The notes beneath the pieces were generated by a model. It saw nothing but the letters and a program-made list of their open reading frames with translations. It was not told where the DNA came from and searched no databases. A DNA stretch of 64,000 nt from Balanoglossus misakiensis (lineage: Eukaryota; Animalia; Hemichordata): assembly GCA_040954595.2 (NCBI GenBank), contig CM082577.2, positions 1,240,001 to 1,304,000 of the forward strand, written 5' to 3'. Positions within the stretch are counted from its first letter, which is position 1, and every line of letters starts with the position of its first letter. The translations under genes and the position numbers were made by a program. Shown in pieces: positions 1 to 11,859 of the stretch.

Positions 1-1223
1 GTGTTTGTTTTTAATGACAAAATGGCCCCTCTGACCGGGCGAAAGATACCCGTGTTCAAACCCGAAAATGAAAGTGCTCTTTCCGTTTGATGACTTACTG
101 ATAGAATTAAGCCACGGTTAACCGTGATTAAGCCCATTACAGATACCGGTACTCCTATGTTAATATTTCTAACGCCATCCTTCTTTTCATCATACAGTTG
201 TCGGAATGAAACCAAATGAGCTGTTTGATCAGAAGAACGAAACCTTCAGTGCGACGCTTAGACATTCCCGTTTTAGAACCGACCCGAAGCCGATTCAAAG
301 ACGTTGAAGTTTGAATGGTTCTTCCTGTGACGAAAGTTGATTTAGAGAGCTTGCGATATAAATGCGACATTTCGAGTTGTGATGCTGTGTACGATTATTG
401 CGTTCCCCTAAAGTTGCTTACTTTATTTCCTTCTTCTTTCCATTGTTCTGCCCCCCCGTTACATTTGAAACCTACCAAATGAACGTTTTTAGTGTGACTC
501 AAATAAAGAACCTTCATAAAATCCTCGTTTAAGGACAATTCTTGCTTATTTGGAATTTATTTTGAGTGTGGATGGTCGTGTTCAACATTACATTGCGACT
601 TCTATGGTACAGGTATGTAAGAGCGAATCTGTTCACAATTCCGGCATGTCGCTTAAACAAGTTATATGTTCGTATATTCGATAACTTTCAGGGTCGTAAT
701 CTGAGGAAAATGCTGTCTCTCGTCGAATTTCTGGAATTTGCCAATGAATTTCCTCTTCTCAAGCAAACTCGCCACCAATATGTCGGGCATGGCAATCACA
801 GCAGTCAGCCACCAAGTGATGTCCTTTGTTCATTCGTTCGTTTTTTGTTAGGGAGCTTTCAGTAATTACTGGGGGAGGGGGGGGGGGAATTGGGTACGAC
901 CCACGGAACGTGTGACCATTCTATGTTGTGGCAATATTCATTTGCTTTCAAACCAAGTTTGCACAATTGACAGGAACGGCTGTTTCACAGTACAATGCTC
1001 AGTTCTGGATACTTAATGGCAAAAGATTCAACTCTTCTTAAAAGACTAGCCCTAAACTGATTGCTCTATCCCTGTTTAACTGAGATATCCACAAATGATA
1101 CCATGGAAACTGTCTTCAGTCATGTGACACCTTTATCTTCACTCTGGTTTTGCAAAAATTCATCTATCTTTGTTCTTTGTCAAGAAGCTGATCCTGAATT
1201 GGCTGGACAATTGCAAGTGTCAC

Positions 1224-4200
1224 TCAAGCTCTCGACTGTAATGGCATTTTCTGGACCAGTTCGTTGTAAGATTTTCCATCTTGATCTATTGCCTTTTTCT
1301 TCACAGCATCCAGAATCCTTATCTGTTGGTCAAAAATATATGTATGTGAAAGTAAGTGCATTCATACAATCCATGTTTTCTTATATCAGACACAGGAACC
1401 CCAGTCAACCAGACTACTACAACTAGTTACTTACCATCATTTTGGTATCTGCATAGCCATGCTTCTGGGCTAAATTCCACAAATTCTGAGCCAATGTCGA
1501 CATCTTTGGGTTGGACATATCTCCGTGTGCGATTATATGATTGAAGAAATCCATGGCCAAAGCAGACTGTCTCTTCAAACCCTTCAGGAAGAGAAAGTTT
1601 GGAAAAACAATCAATCCTGTTATGTTTATGAGGTTTGCGCTGGTATGGGAGGACATATTCTCATCAAGGGGGACACCCACGCAGCGCGACAACCCCTTCC
1701 CTTTATACTTACATCTCCCTGTGCCAGCTTCTTGTAATGTTCCAAAACCTCTTCTATCAGAGTTCCCGTAATCTTGTTAATTTCTGTCAGGAATTTATTG
1801 TCATTTCCATACAAATTGTCGTTAGAATCAACTGTAATTTAAACAAATAATACAAGTGATTTACTTTCATGAAATATTAGCTTTGCTTATATTTCATTCA
1901 TTCATTCTCAATCCTTCCTTCCTTCATTCATTAAGCATCTGTTCTCTAACCATGGTATACAAGTTCTTCATATGTATCTAGTCTATATCAATGTTCACAT
2001 GCATGTATGGATATACATGTACATACATACATACATAAACGTTCACATCAGATCTCTGTTTTCAAGTTTCCATAAACAAACTACACATACCTTTATCAAA
2101 GTGGTAAATGTACTGTTCTTGAGAAGCTGCTGAGAGAATGTTGAAGACATTCAAGAACAGCTTGATCTTTGTGTCGCTGTTTTCATCCCAATGGTAATCG
2201 TGAATCACATTCAACAAACCTCTAATCAGATACAGTACGCCATGGTCTGGATGATCCTACAAGACAAAATGTCGAGATCTTGACTCCCTCAGTTCACAGT
2301 GTTGGCACATTTGCCTCAGATCTAGATCTTTCAGTTGTGTCTCCCTACACACACAGAACAGAAAAACTAACTTACTGGCACAACCAGAAGTACCGACAAG
2401 AAATTACAGATGTAATCTGCCACCAGTGGTTCAGTCGACCTTGATTTATAATCCAGAAGAATTGACTTTGGGACTTCACTGATCAGCTGGATTGCGGCCT
2501 TGAAGAATGCATCGCCTAGAATAAAAAGAATGCAATCATAAAAGTAACACATCCCTTGTTGTTCATGAACAAAATTATAACAGAATGCTGGTTTGTCACT
2601 GAAATATGCTGTGAAAGGGGTTAAGATTTCATGTACCGGTACCACATATTACGACCACTGGCTGAGCACAGTTCAGAGCCAATTAATCAGAAACAAAGAC
2701 ACCCTCCCACGACCACACAAAGGATGCCATCATGAAAGTGTCAAATGCAAATGCTTCTGTTTACCTTGTGTCAGTGCTTGGTTTGCCATGGCAACCTGTC
2801 CTGACACTAAATACAACTGCAGTCTGGAGAATATTCCAGATATTGATGGGATTGTAATGAAACAGTAAGCTGAACATGCCTGAAATTGAAACACACATCC
2901 ATAGTGAGACAGATCTCATGAAGATGAGTTTGTGTTTTTCTGACAATCACTGAATCACAATCACACAAATGCATACAGTTTACATACACAGATTAACTCA
3001 CAGATTCACACACTCCCATTGTCAAATGCTATATGACTTTCACAAAATATGAACAAAGAACATGAAAAATAGTATTGAAAAAGACAGAAATGCAAACACA
3101 ACTTCACACTCACCCGGACAAATGCTGCAGTCTTACGAGAATGGTTGCCTTTCACAACTTTCTTTGTTTCCATTGACAACAAGTTGACACACTGCATTGC
3201 AAAATAAATCAGAAACGATTATTTCCACTATAAGATTATTCCACACAGCTTCTCAATCCTGAAACGTTCATATTTTGAGGCCGAGATCACCTTCCTGTAC
3301 ATGTATGTTATTATTTTTTTATGATGGTCAGAAAATGACCCAAATCTTTTTTCTGAGCTTCACACAGCTCAAGATATACATGTACTTACTTGGACCAGCT
3401 GAACCAAGACAGATTCCAAGTTACTGAAAGACGCCCTGGCTTCAACATAGAAACTCAACTGCTGTTCAAAGTCTCGGCCAAAAGACACCTGTAGAATATA
3501 TTATGGAAATGAGTCTTACATGCCATTATAATGGATGAACACCACACACTTCCCAAAAAATCTACATGGCTGCAGAAGTACATTGTACAGTAACACTTGA
3601 CGTATTTACAAAAGAATTACCTTTCTGATGAAAGAACAAATCAAATGTCCAATCACTCTCTTCTCATCATCAACAGTCAGTGCGCTGGAAGGAAAAGAAA
3701 GAACAGATTTTAATCATTTATTAATTAATGTTATGTTTATGTCATCGATTTTGTATGTTTTGTGGTTGTTTTGGTTTGCTGTGCTCAAGAAGAATACGTT
3801 GTGTGCACAAGAAAAGTTTCTACATGGTCGATGTTTAGCCCCAGTTGATCAAAAATAAAATCAGGGACTTGCAATATCAGATGCTGTAATGATACTTAAT
3901 GGAATTAACTTTTGAAAAACACAGTTGACATGTTTTACTGCTCTGTACTTACTTGACACTGTCGTGCATAGTCTTGCACACAAACATCAAAGCGTTGATA
4001 ATGACCGGATCACTGGTGGTAGAATCTAGTGACCTACATGAGAAATTGAAATCCAAATGTTTGTACACATGAAAAAACACACATGTGCATAAGACCATCC
4101 TCGACCTTTAACCATGATCAGTGGAATTTGTTTCCATGTATCAACACTGATGGTACAGACAAATGCAGTCCCTTAGTTTTTACAACATCCAACAAAACAT

Positions 4201-7200
4201 AACTGCAAGGATTCCAAAAATTGAACGAAGGATAGTATCATATGATGGACACTAAGTGAAGAGACTGCATCTGGTCTTACTAGCAGTTTGAAGACATGGG
4301 AGCAAAGTCTACTGTTTATGGTTACCAGTAAATCTATAGTTGTAGGGAAATAGCTTACTGTAAGCATGTCTGATGAACTTTAAATGATATCAATGAAATT
4401 TGCATTCCGGCATTATATTCACTTATAAATGACTTGGATATGTTAGTAAATTCTTCTTTCAAAATCACTTTTCATTGCGGTGTGGTTGACAAGGTTACAG
4501 TAAGTGCAGAAAAACATATCATGCTGTTAGGTTAGAGTTGAAAAATGGCACTTCAAATGACTGCTGAAGTAAGGCCATGAAATTAAACGCTCAAGTCTGT
4601 GTGGGGGAAGAAAAGGTTATCAAACTCTAAAGACACTCTAAGAGAAGAGAAGAATCACCTTGGCGACGTCCAACTTGACCAATTTCTACAACATCAAGAA
4701 GACACAGGACAGATTACGACATGAAAAAAAGAGAAATTTACTTGACAGGTAACAATACACATGTGTGATGTTGTCATGGTAATAAGTGCTGACAGTTATT
4801 CACAGTAACATGCAGGCATGAATAAAGAATTATCTGAGAATGATTGACAGTAGGCGTGTCAATGATGAGATTATATTATACTTCAACAGAAAAATGTCCT
4901 TTATAATTAATAAAATGTCTGTTTATGGTATGGCAGCCAAGACAAGTTATTTTTCAGCAACCTTCCATAATGGAATTTCTGTACACCAAAATTTATATGA
5001 TCAAAGTAAACTACTCAACCAATCAGAAAGCAGGTAACACAACACTTTTGGATACGCATTGGGACATGCGCATAGTGACTTCTATAACAAGCGCTTTGAT
5101 TGGCTTGATTTGACACACATGTGTGACCTACGTAGTGTAGCATTCCATGATGGTCTTGCAAACGTCCACTTTCACTGACTCCTTTTGAAGCATATCAATA
5201 AAGGGCAAGAATTTATCCTGAGAAGAAAACAAAACAATTGTTTATTTTTACATTGACTCAACATAAACAATACAAATAAGCCAATCATGATGTCCAGAAC
5301 TCGCCCTGAAGAACACTCTGGAGAACATATGATGCAAAAAATCTGCACGGTCACTTACCATTGAGAACAATTCTGAGAAATCAGTAACATTTGCCAACAC
5401 TTTGGAAATAACAGACTGCAACTGTGGGTAGTAGTCTTCAAATGCTCGATCTGGTGTCATGTGTTTTATAATATCCCCAAGGATGGTGTTAATTTCTTTC
5501 TTCTGATAAGGGAAAATCAAAGACAAACACATGCTTTAGTTTTCTTATTGAAAGTAACGTCTTGTGTCACAAGTTTGCAAAAGCTATGTCTGATTTTGTG
5601 GTGATGACACCAAGTGCATCCTATGCATTCATACAACATGGCTGACTGAGGATGGAATAGGACATTCAGTCTACCATCACTACTGTTGAACTAAAGCGTT
5701 TTATACTCACTGTAAAATGCTTGCATGGGAACTCGATCCACACTTCAGCGCAACTTATGTAATCCTGTGTGACAAGAAAACCAGGACATTTTTTTAAACA
5801 AATGCCACTTAACAACAATGATATTGTAACTCAACAGAAAACCAAGGTACACAAGAAATGTGGCAACAATCTGGACGATTCACTCCATACTTCACCAATG
5901 CTGCAAGATTCCAGACAAGTACAGTGTTACTTACATCCGGATTCTTCAACTTCATCACAACTTTCCAAACATCATTCAGCACAGCTCGTCTCTGGTTTTC
6001 CGGTGGATTCGCCAGGACAAGATTTATGCCGAGGGATCTGTACAGATTATGCTGCAAGAACAGGATTAAGCTGTTTAAAACACTATGTCAACATACATTT
6101 TTATCATAACAAGAAATTGTTGAAAACATTTCAAACCAAATATACTTGGCATTTTATTACAATTTCTGTCAAAAATTATTTCACGACATACCTTTGGAAA
6201 TCCCGATTCTTCGCATTCCTTGATCATTTCGAGAAATTTCATGACTCTACTTGCAATGTAGTCTGGTTTGAATGCTGACATGATTGAATTCAACAGCAGA
6301 GCACTGCAATAAAACAGAGACAACATTTATACATGAGTGTGTGTAGATGGTAGACGGGCCCAGGCATACATGCAGACACGCAATCTTTCATTCCCAAATT
6401 CAAACATACCTGAGAAAAGTGAATTGCAATAGTATGTCTTTAATTATATCCAAATTCAAATATTAAAATGATAAAGACAAAACAGTAACACAACAAAACA
6501 CAACACAACACAATAAAGTATAATACAACATGCATGTAATACAGCACAGATCAACCATTACAACTTACCAATCAGCCTCACTAGGTTTGCAATGGTACAA
6601 AAAAGAATGCAATACACATTAAAGAAATCACTGGGTACAGCCATAGACACTCTACTGCAACTTGTGATCTTTGCATGAATCAAGGCACCTTAAATGTACA
6701 AAATTCAAAATGTTGATGGAAAGATATACCTCCTCGAAGTACAGTTGTCAAACATTTGCACATTGCTCTGCCATAGAAATTGTTTCCATGGAAATGTTAT
6801 CATATTTACCTGTTACATTGCTTCCTACATTTCTCAAGAATCTCAGTCAGAGTATCCTAAAAAGTAAAAATATTTAGATTAACAATTTGATTTTTCTACA
6901 AGAAGAATACATTTGTACTTTTGCACAAAAGTGACATCATGAACATGCAACTAGTCATAAATTTTTATCCTCCTAAGGTATAAGACTTACATCTGTGGCC
7001 TTGTAAGAAACACACTGTAGAATCCAATCCAAAGCAGGTGAATACAATGTTAAGTATGTCGACATATCAAGTCTCTGAACAGCCAGTAAATTCTGCACAC
7101 TGTCAGCTTGAAGCTGAAATGACAGATAAAAGAGATTATCATAAGGGCTCTAGAGACAACAGTTGAAAGAAAACACCATGCACTGGAATATGAGAAACTT

Positions 7201-10200
7201 CAAACATTTCCGACATTTCTGATGCATGTTGCTTACCTGAGAGTACGTTGCCAGAAAGTCGAAAAAGTTGTTGACCAGATGATCTTTGAACTCTGGAGCT
7301 ACACTCATTCCCACCTGCAAATGAGGAAAGTTCTCAAAGGGTCTTTATTCAGTTAGCAAATGAGGATTAACCAAGATTGGAGAGATACACGCAAGTACAA
7401 ATCAGACAGAACCAAGGTACATCTATAAGGTAAATGAAATTCAACTTTGCACCCTTAAAAAGATTGTCACTTACTCGACACAGGTACGTCCTGGCATAGA
7501 TTGCAACCAATGGATCTCCAATTCCACGCATCTGATTGGCTATCCTCAGAAGAGCTTGTGAATATTCACTTCACAAAAAGGAAGAAAATACAATTTAATG
7601 CTGACTAAAATCCTTGTGTCATCATTGGTCTCATGGGGTGCCTTCCAGTTAAATTACATGTACCGGTACATTGGCTACCAAACACTGCAAATGGATGAAT
7701 TGTTCATGGACTGCAAGGCACAGTGAAAGTAGTGTACAGTAGCAATGGAATTCATTTTGGAAATTGAAAAGACATACCCACTGGTAAGAAAACTGTAGCA
7801 TTTGAGGATGGCTGCTTCTGTATATCTGCATTAATCAAAGTCAAGGTCATATCATGTGATTGGACTTTTTTGGTATGTGGTGGAGGACGTGAAGGCCTGT
7901 GAATGCACGCAGCCACGCACACACACATACATGTACATACACACTCTCGTTCTCTCTCTCTCTTTCACACACAAACACAGTTTGTAGAGCTGGAGCTTGA
8001 TTGAGCACCATTCTTTGTACTGATCAACTCTCTTGAGAACATAAAGGATACAATCTTGGTATGAGTTCTCGTATTGATGCAATTTTAAAGAACCAATTCC
8101 TGCAAGTTTCTTTGGCAGAGTCTGGCACCTGTTCAGGAGTGAAGTCTTTGGGTAAAGTTGTTGGTGTTCGACTGCCAGGTGGGAAATACGACGACTTCAC
8201 ACGGATGCGTTCATAGACAAGGTGACCTATACAGATATATGTACAAATCATTATCAAATACCTATATCATTCCAACAGTATCATTCTTTGGGGAAATTGG
8301 ACTGAACACATCCATAGCACAGATAGTTCACACGGAAATTATACATCAATATCACAACAAGGCCAACAAACATATCATACTTTAGGATAACTATTAACCA
8401 GTTTTTCATAAACAGGAAAAAAATCAATGCTGTATGCAGATCATTGATGGCAGAACTTACCAAATGTATCCAGTATATCAGTAATTAACACAAATTTACT
8501 GGGATAAAACTGAATGACAGATGTGTCAGCCAGCAGCTTTGCGCACTGTAAACAAAAAAATATACATGTAAATCTCTTTAGCAAGGTAATCAACAGATAG
8601 AAGTTTTCTATTTTCCAAACTGTGTCCCAGAGACACATTCTACCCTCCACATAATTAAAAGACCAAGTGAACTAACCTGAATTGCAATTTTCAATGTCTT
8701 CACTCTCTGGTCTTGTTCCCATGCTAATATCATGGCTTGGTTCAACTCATCTATCCGATGCACATACTCTTGCTGGCTTAGATTCAGCATTTCTTTGACG
8801 GAGCCCTGGCAAAGAAAAATTAATGAGGAGCAGCTACCAGAAGGCACAAAATAGCAAACGCTACCAAACTTGCCTCATTCACATAGACAAATAATCAAAA
8901 TACTGCGATATGTCCCTAACTGCTTTGTGTCACAGGTCATTTGATTTTTGAACACCAAACTCTCAGCTTACCCCCTGTTCACAACTGAGCTCCACATTGA
9001 GATCCTTCCAAACAAGAGACACTATTCTATTGCAGGTAGACACAACTACACATATGATAAGCCTTACCCAAACATCGTTTTGCCCCAACTCGCTTGACAC
9101 TCACCTCTTCAAAATCATCCAGCTGTTCCAGTCTGTGTTTCACTTTGTCAGACACAGTACTCTGTGCAACTTGGCTTTTAACAACCACTGGAAAAAAAGA
9201 AGAAAAATCACCTTTTATTAATATCATTTTTCCAACATTGCACACTTACATGATGCAGCTTTATGATATTTGCCAAACTGAAATTCTAATATGTTCTGTC
9301 AAAATCTCATAAACTTACGCACCTTTTTCCTTGTCTGCTGCTGACAAAAAGCTCTGTAAAGAAAATCATTTCATTTAATTATTTTTGATGTCATGTTTTG
9401 TTTAGGGGCATTAATTTTTTTTTCTTAGTGTTCTGTCTAACTATTAACTATTCAACTGGTAATAAGAAAATATACTCACTGTTGTAATTGATAACTTTTC
9501 TGAAGTTGTATATTTACTCAATATACCAGCTTTCCTTGCAGACCACGGCTCAAAATCATCACCAACAGTTGATTTTTTCTTATCTTTGGCATCTGTCTCT
9601 GTCTGCAAAATGACAGAAATATTATACTTTATTATACATCCACTACCATAACCTGTATCTGTATCAACACTGCAATTTGCATACAGTTGCTGTTTTCTTA
9701 ATGTAGAATCTCCACCACTTTTTTTCAAGGATTTCAGATTTTCAAGTATGATACTTCACATCCAGATTACCTTGCTCAAAGCCATCTCTGCTGCAGCCTG
9801 GGAGAGTGGATCCGTCCCATCAAGAACACTAGACAATGGATCTGTGCCTTCCAGGGCACCGGATAATGGATCCATGATGAACGATGAACCTGACAATGGA
9901 TCCATGGAGGATGATGATGATGAAGATGCATTGCTGCTCTTTCTACCACTTCCTTTTCCAGTCTTCTTTATTTTACTCTCAGTAACAGTGATCTACAAAA
10001 TGAAAAGTAACAACCTTAAAATTTGGTTGTACATATACTGTAACTCCTGTTAGAGTAAAGGCTGGTCCACACACTGTTTCAAAATATTACAGGTTCAGAC
10101 TGAGACCAGCTGACTCAGAAATCTGGTACTTACGGTCATAGGTTTCAAGGGATGATCGATGACAGGTTCGCCGTGCATAACGCGATCTTGGGCTTCACCT

Positions 10201-10520
10201 TTATAATTACGACATCTGGGGGACCTGGGAATCAACAAAATGTACATATAGTGCATTAATCTACAAGAGCACATGACCCTCGATCAAATTGCAATGTCCA
10301 CTCCCCATTTCCGGATTCAGTGAAATGCATAGTCAGGCCTTACTTTTTACAATTCCACAGGGAAATCGTTGAATTTTTATGCGATTTAGGAGCATTGCAA
10401 GATAATGCAAGAATAATGGAGACACAAGGCAAAGTCCTCTCGTCTTTTTCCTCAACACGAAAAATCAGAGTTAGGAGGTGTGGCCACCCAGTACAGTACT
10501 TACCACTCGTACGCTGCCAT
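1224..10520 (-). CDS. VPS35L: VPS35 endosomal protein sorting factor-like (Retriever/Commander subunit, C16orf62), 29 coding exons, ~988 aa
   Basis: Hand-spliced exons (minus): 10504-10520, 10134-10224, 9771-9992, 9480-9602, 9323-9353, 9105-9187, 8677-8805, 8461-8545, 8052-8226, 7778-7825, 7475-7568, 7237-7314, 6991-7113, 6810-6856, 6192-6303, 5935-6051, 5711-5764, 5359-5502, 5132-5217, 3953-4033, 3621-3684, 3390-3488, 3114-3191, 2765-2879, 2376-2515, 2091-2256, 1713-1831, 1435-1581, 1224-1322. All introns are GT-AG, phases are consistent and the total is 2967 nt. Peptides recognisable as VPS35L: MAAYEWSPRCRNY, HPLKP, DPLS repeats, [92 protein letters not shown]-terminal MPLQSRA*. Confidence 0.96.
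7826..8051 (-). other. U12-type (minor spliceosome) GT-AG intron in VPS35L
   Basis: 5' splice site GTATCCTTT (minus, 8051-8043) matches the U12 consensus RTATCCTTT. Branch-like CCTTGAC lies ~15 nt before the CAG acceptor, there is no strong polypyrimidine tract, and splicing joins ELIPR-L-YTEA in frame. Confidence 0.85.
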
Positions 10521-11859
10521 CATGAATGTTTGTTTATTTGGAATCTCCTCCTTCTTCTGGCGATTTGATTAACGAGGGAAGCATTCAACGGAAACACAGT
10601 ACGACTGGAATCAATTATTACAATCGTAACGTCTCCTCTGATCATATATTTTCGTAAACAGCTTGAGTCTGCGTTTCGCCTCATATGACCCAATGGACCC
10701 AAGTGACCCTTGACCTGTTGACCCCGCACTTGCACAATTTTCTGCCGCTGGCGGCGCTTGTTTGAAGTGAGAGCACAAGCAGCAAGTGATCGGTGAGGTT
10801 TACCCCCGGCCCCGGGGGTTTAACTGTACTGGCAGAGCCACAAGTGCGCATTACATTTCATTATCTGTCTTTTTCGATGTGACATATCTTCCGCAGGGAC
10901 ATTTTTATAAGACCACTGTTTTTTAAATGTAGTGTGTAAGCCTTTAATATTTTGGTACGTACGTTAAATTATTTTAGTGTCTTGTGATTGCTTATTCATG
11001 TTCTGTTCACTAACATGTACTCACCGACTGGTTGTCACAACTCAATTCACATATACATGTATTGGCATGACACCTGAATATTACTACAAAATAGTTGTTG
11101 TATCGACCAATCGGATTATTTGTTTTCGGTAATGTTTCGGGAGACAGAGAAGTGTTGCTTGAGTGGGCAACGGTGTTGTTATGCGGCGGGTTGCTTGTAT
11201 TGCCTGTTAGATCAGAGCGGTATCAACTGTGATCTTGCACTCTTGAGAATGCAAAATAAAGGTTAAAAGTGTTGGCCGAAAACCAACAACGCAGCAATAT
11301 TCCCACGAAATTTACGGCTGCCCTGAGGATTTGGCAAATATTTTGTCTGGTTACCAATGGCATTCTCATAAACAATAACAACGGTGGCGCTGGAGTCTAA
11401 AGAACCGTTACTAGGAATCAGAGGAGATAGATTAGATCCATATCATCTCAATCAGATATGATAATCTTATAAGAGAGAACAAAATGAGATGTTGGGTTCA
11501 TTATTTGCGATAACAGATGAAGAGGAGGGAACATTACATGACTCAAGTAAGTATCTCCCTCCCAAGAGAGTTTATGAGAGGAAAAATTCACAAGTCTCTA
11601 TTATGGCTGTTAAATTCACAAATTGTTTTTTTTTTCCGTCAATTTTCATAATGCGCAGAGTTGTCTAAAATATAAATTCAAGCGAAAGAAAATAATTAAT
11701 ATCGTATGGTGGTACATGTACCACTAATAGGTTTCCAGTTTACCTTTTCGCTATTTAATTTGAGTTGTCAAATTGTTCTTTCCTGAATTCTGAAGGCATA
11801 GTTCATCATGATATTATCTTACTTTCTCATGCACAGCAACGCATTTAAGGTCGATTACG

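Noticed and set aside
1-870. ORFs 155-370 (-) and 566-865 (+) and coding-like fragments on the minus strand
   Set aside because: No recognisable motif or consistent splice chain, and several stops; likely VPS35L 3' UTR/intergenic or decayed sequence.
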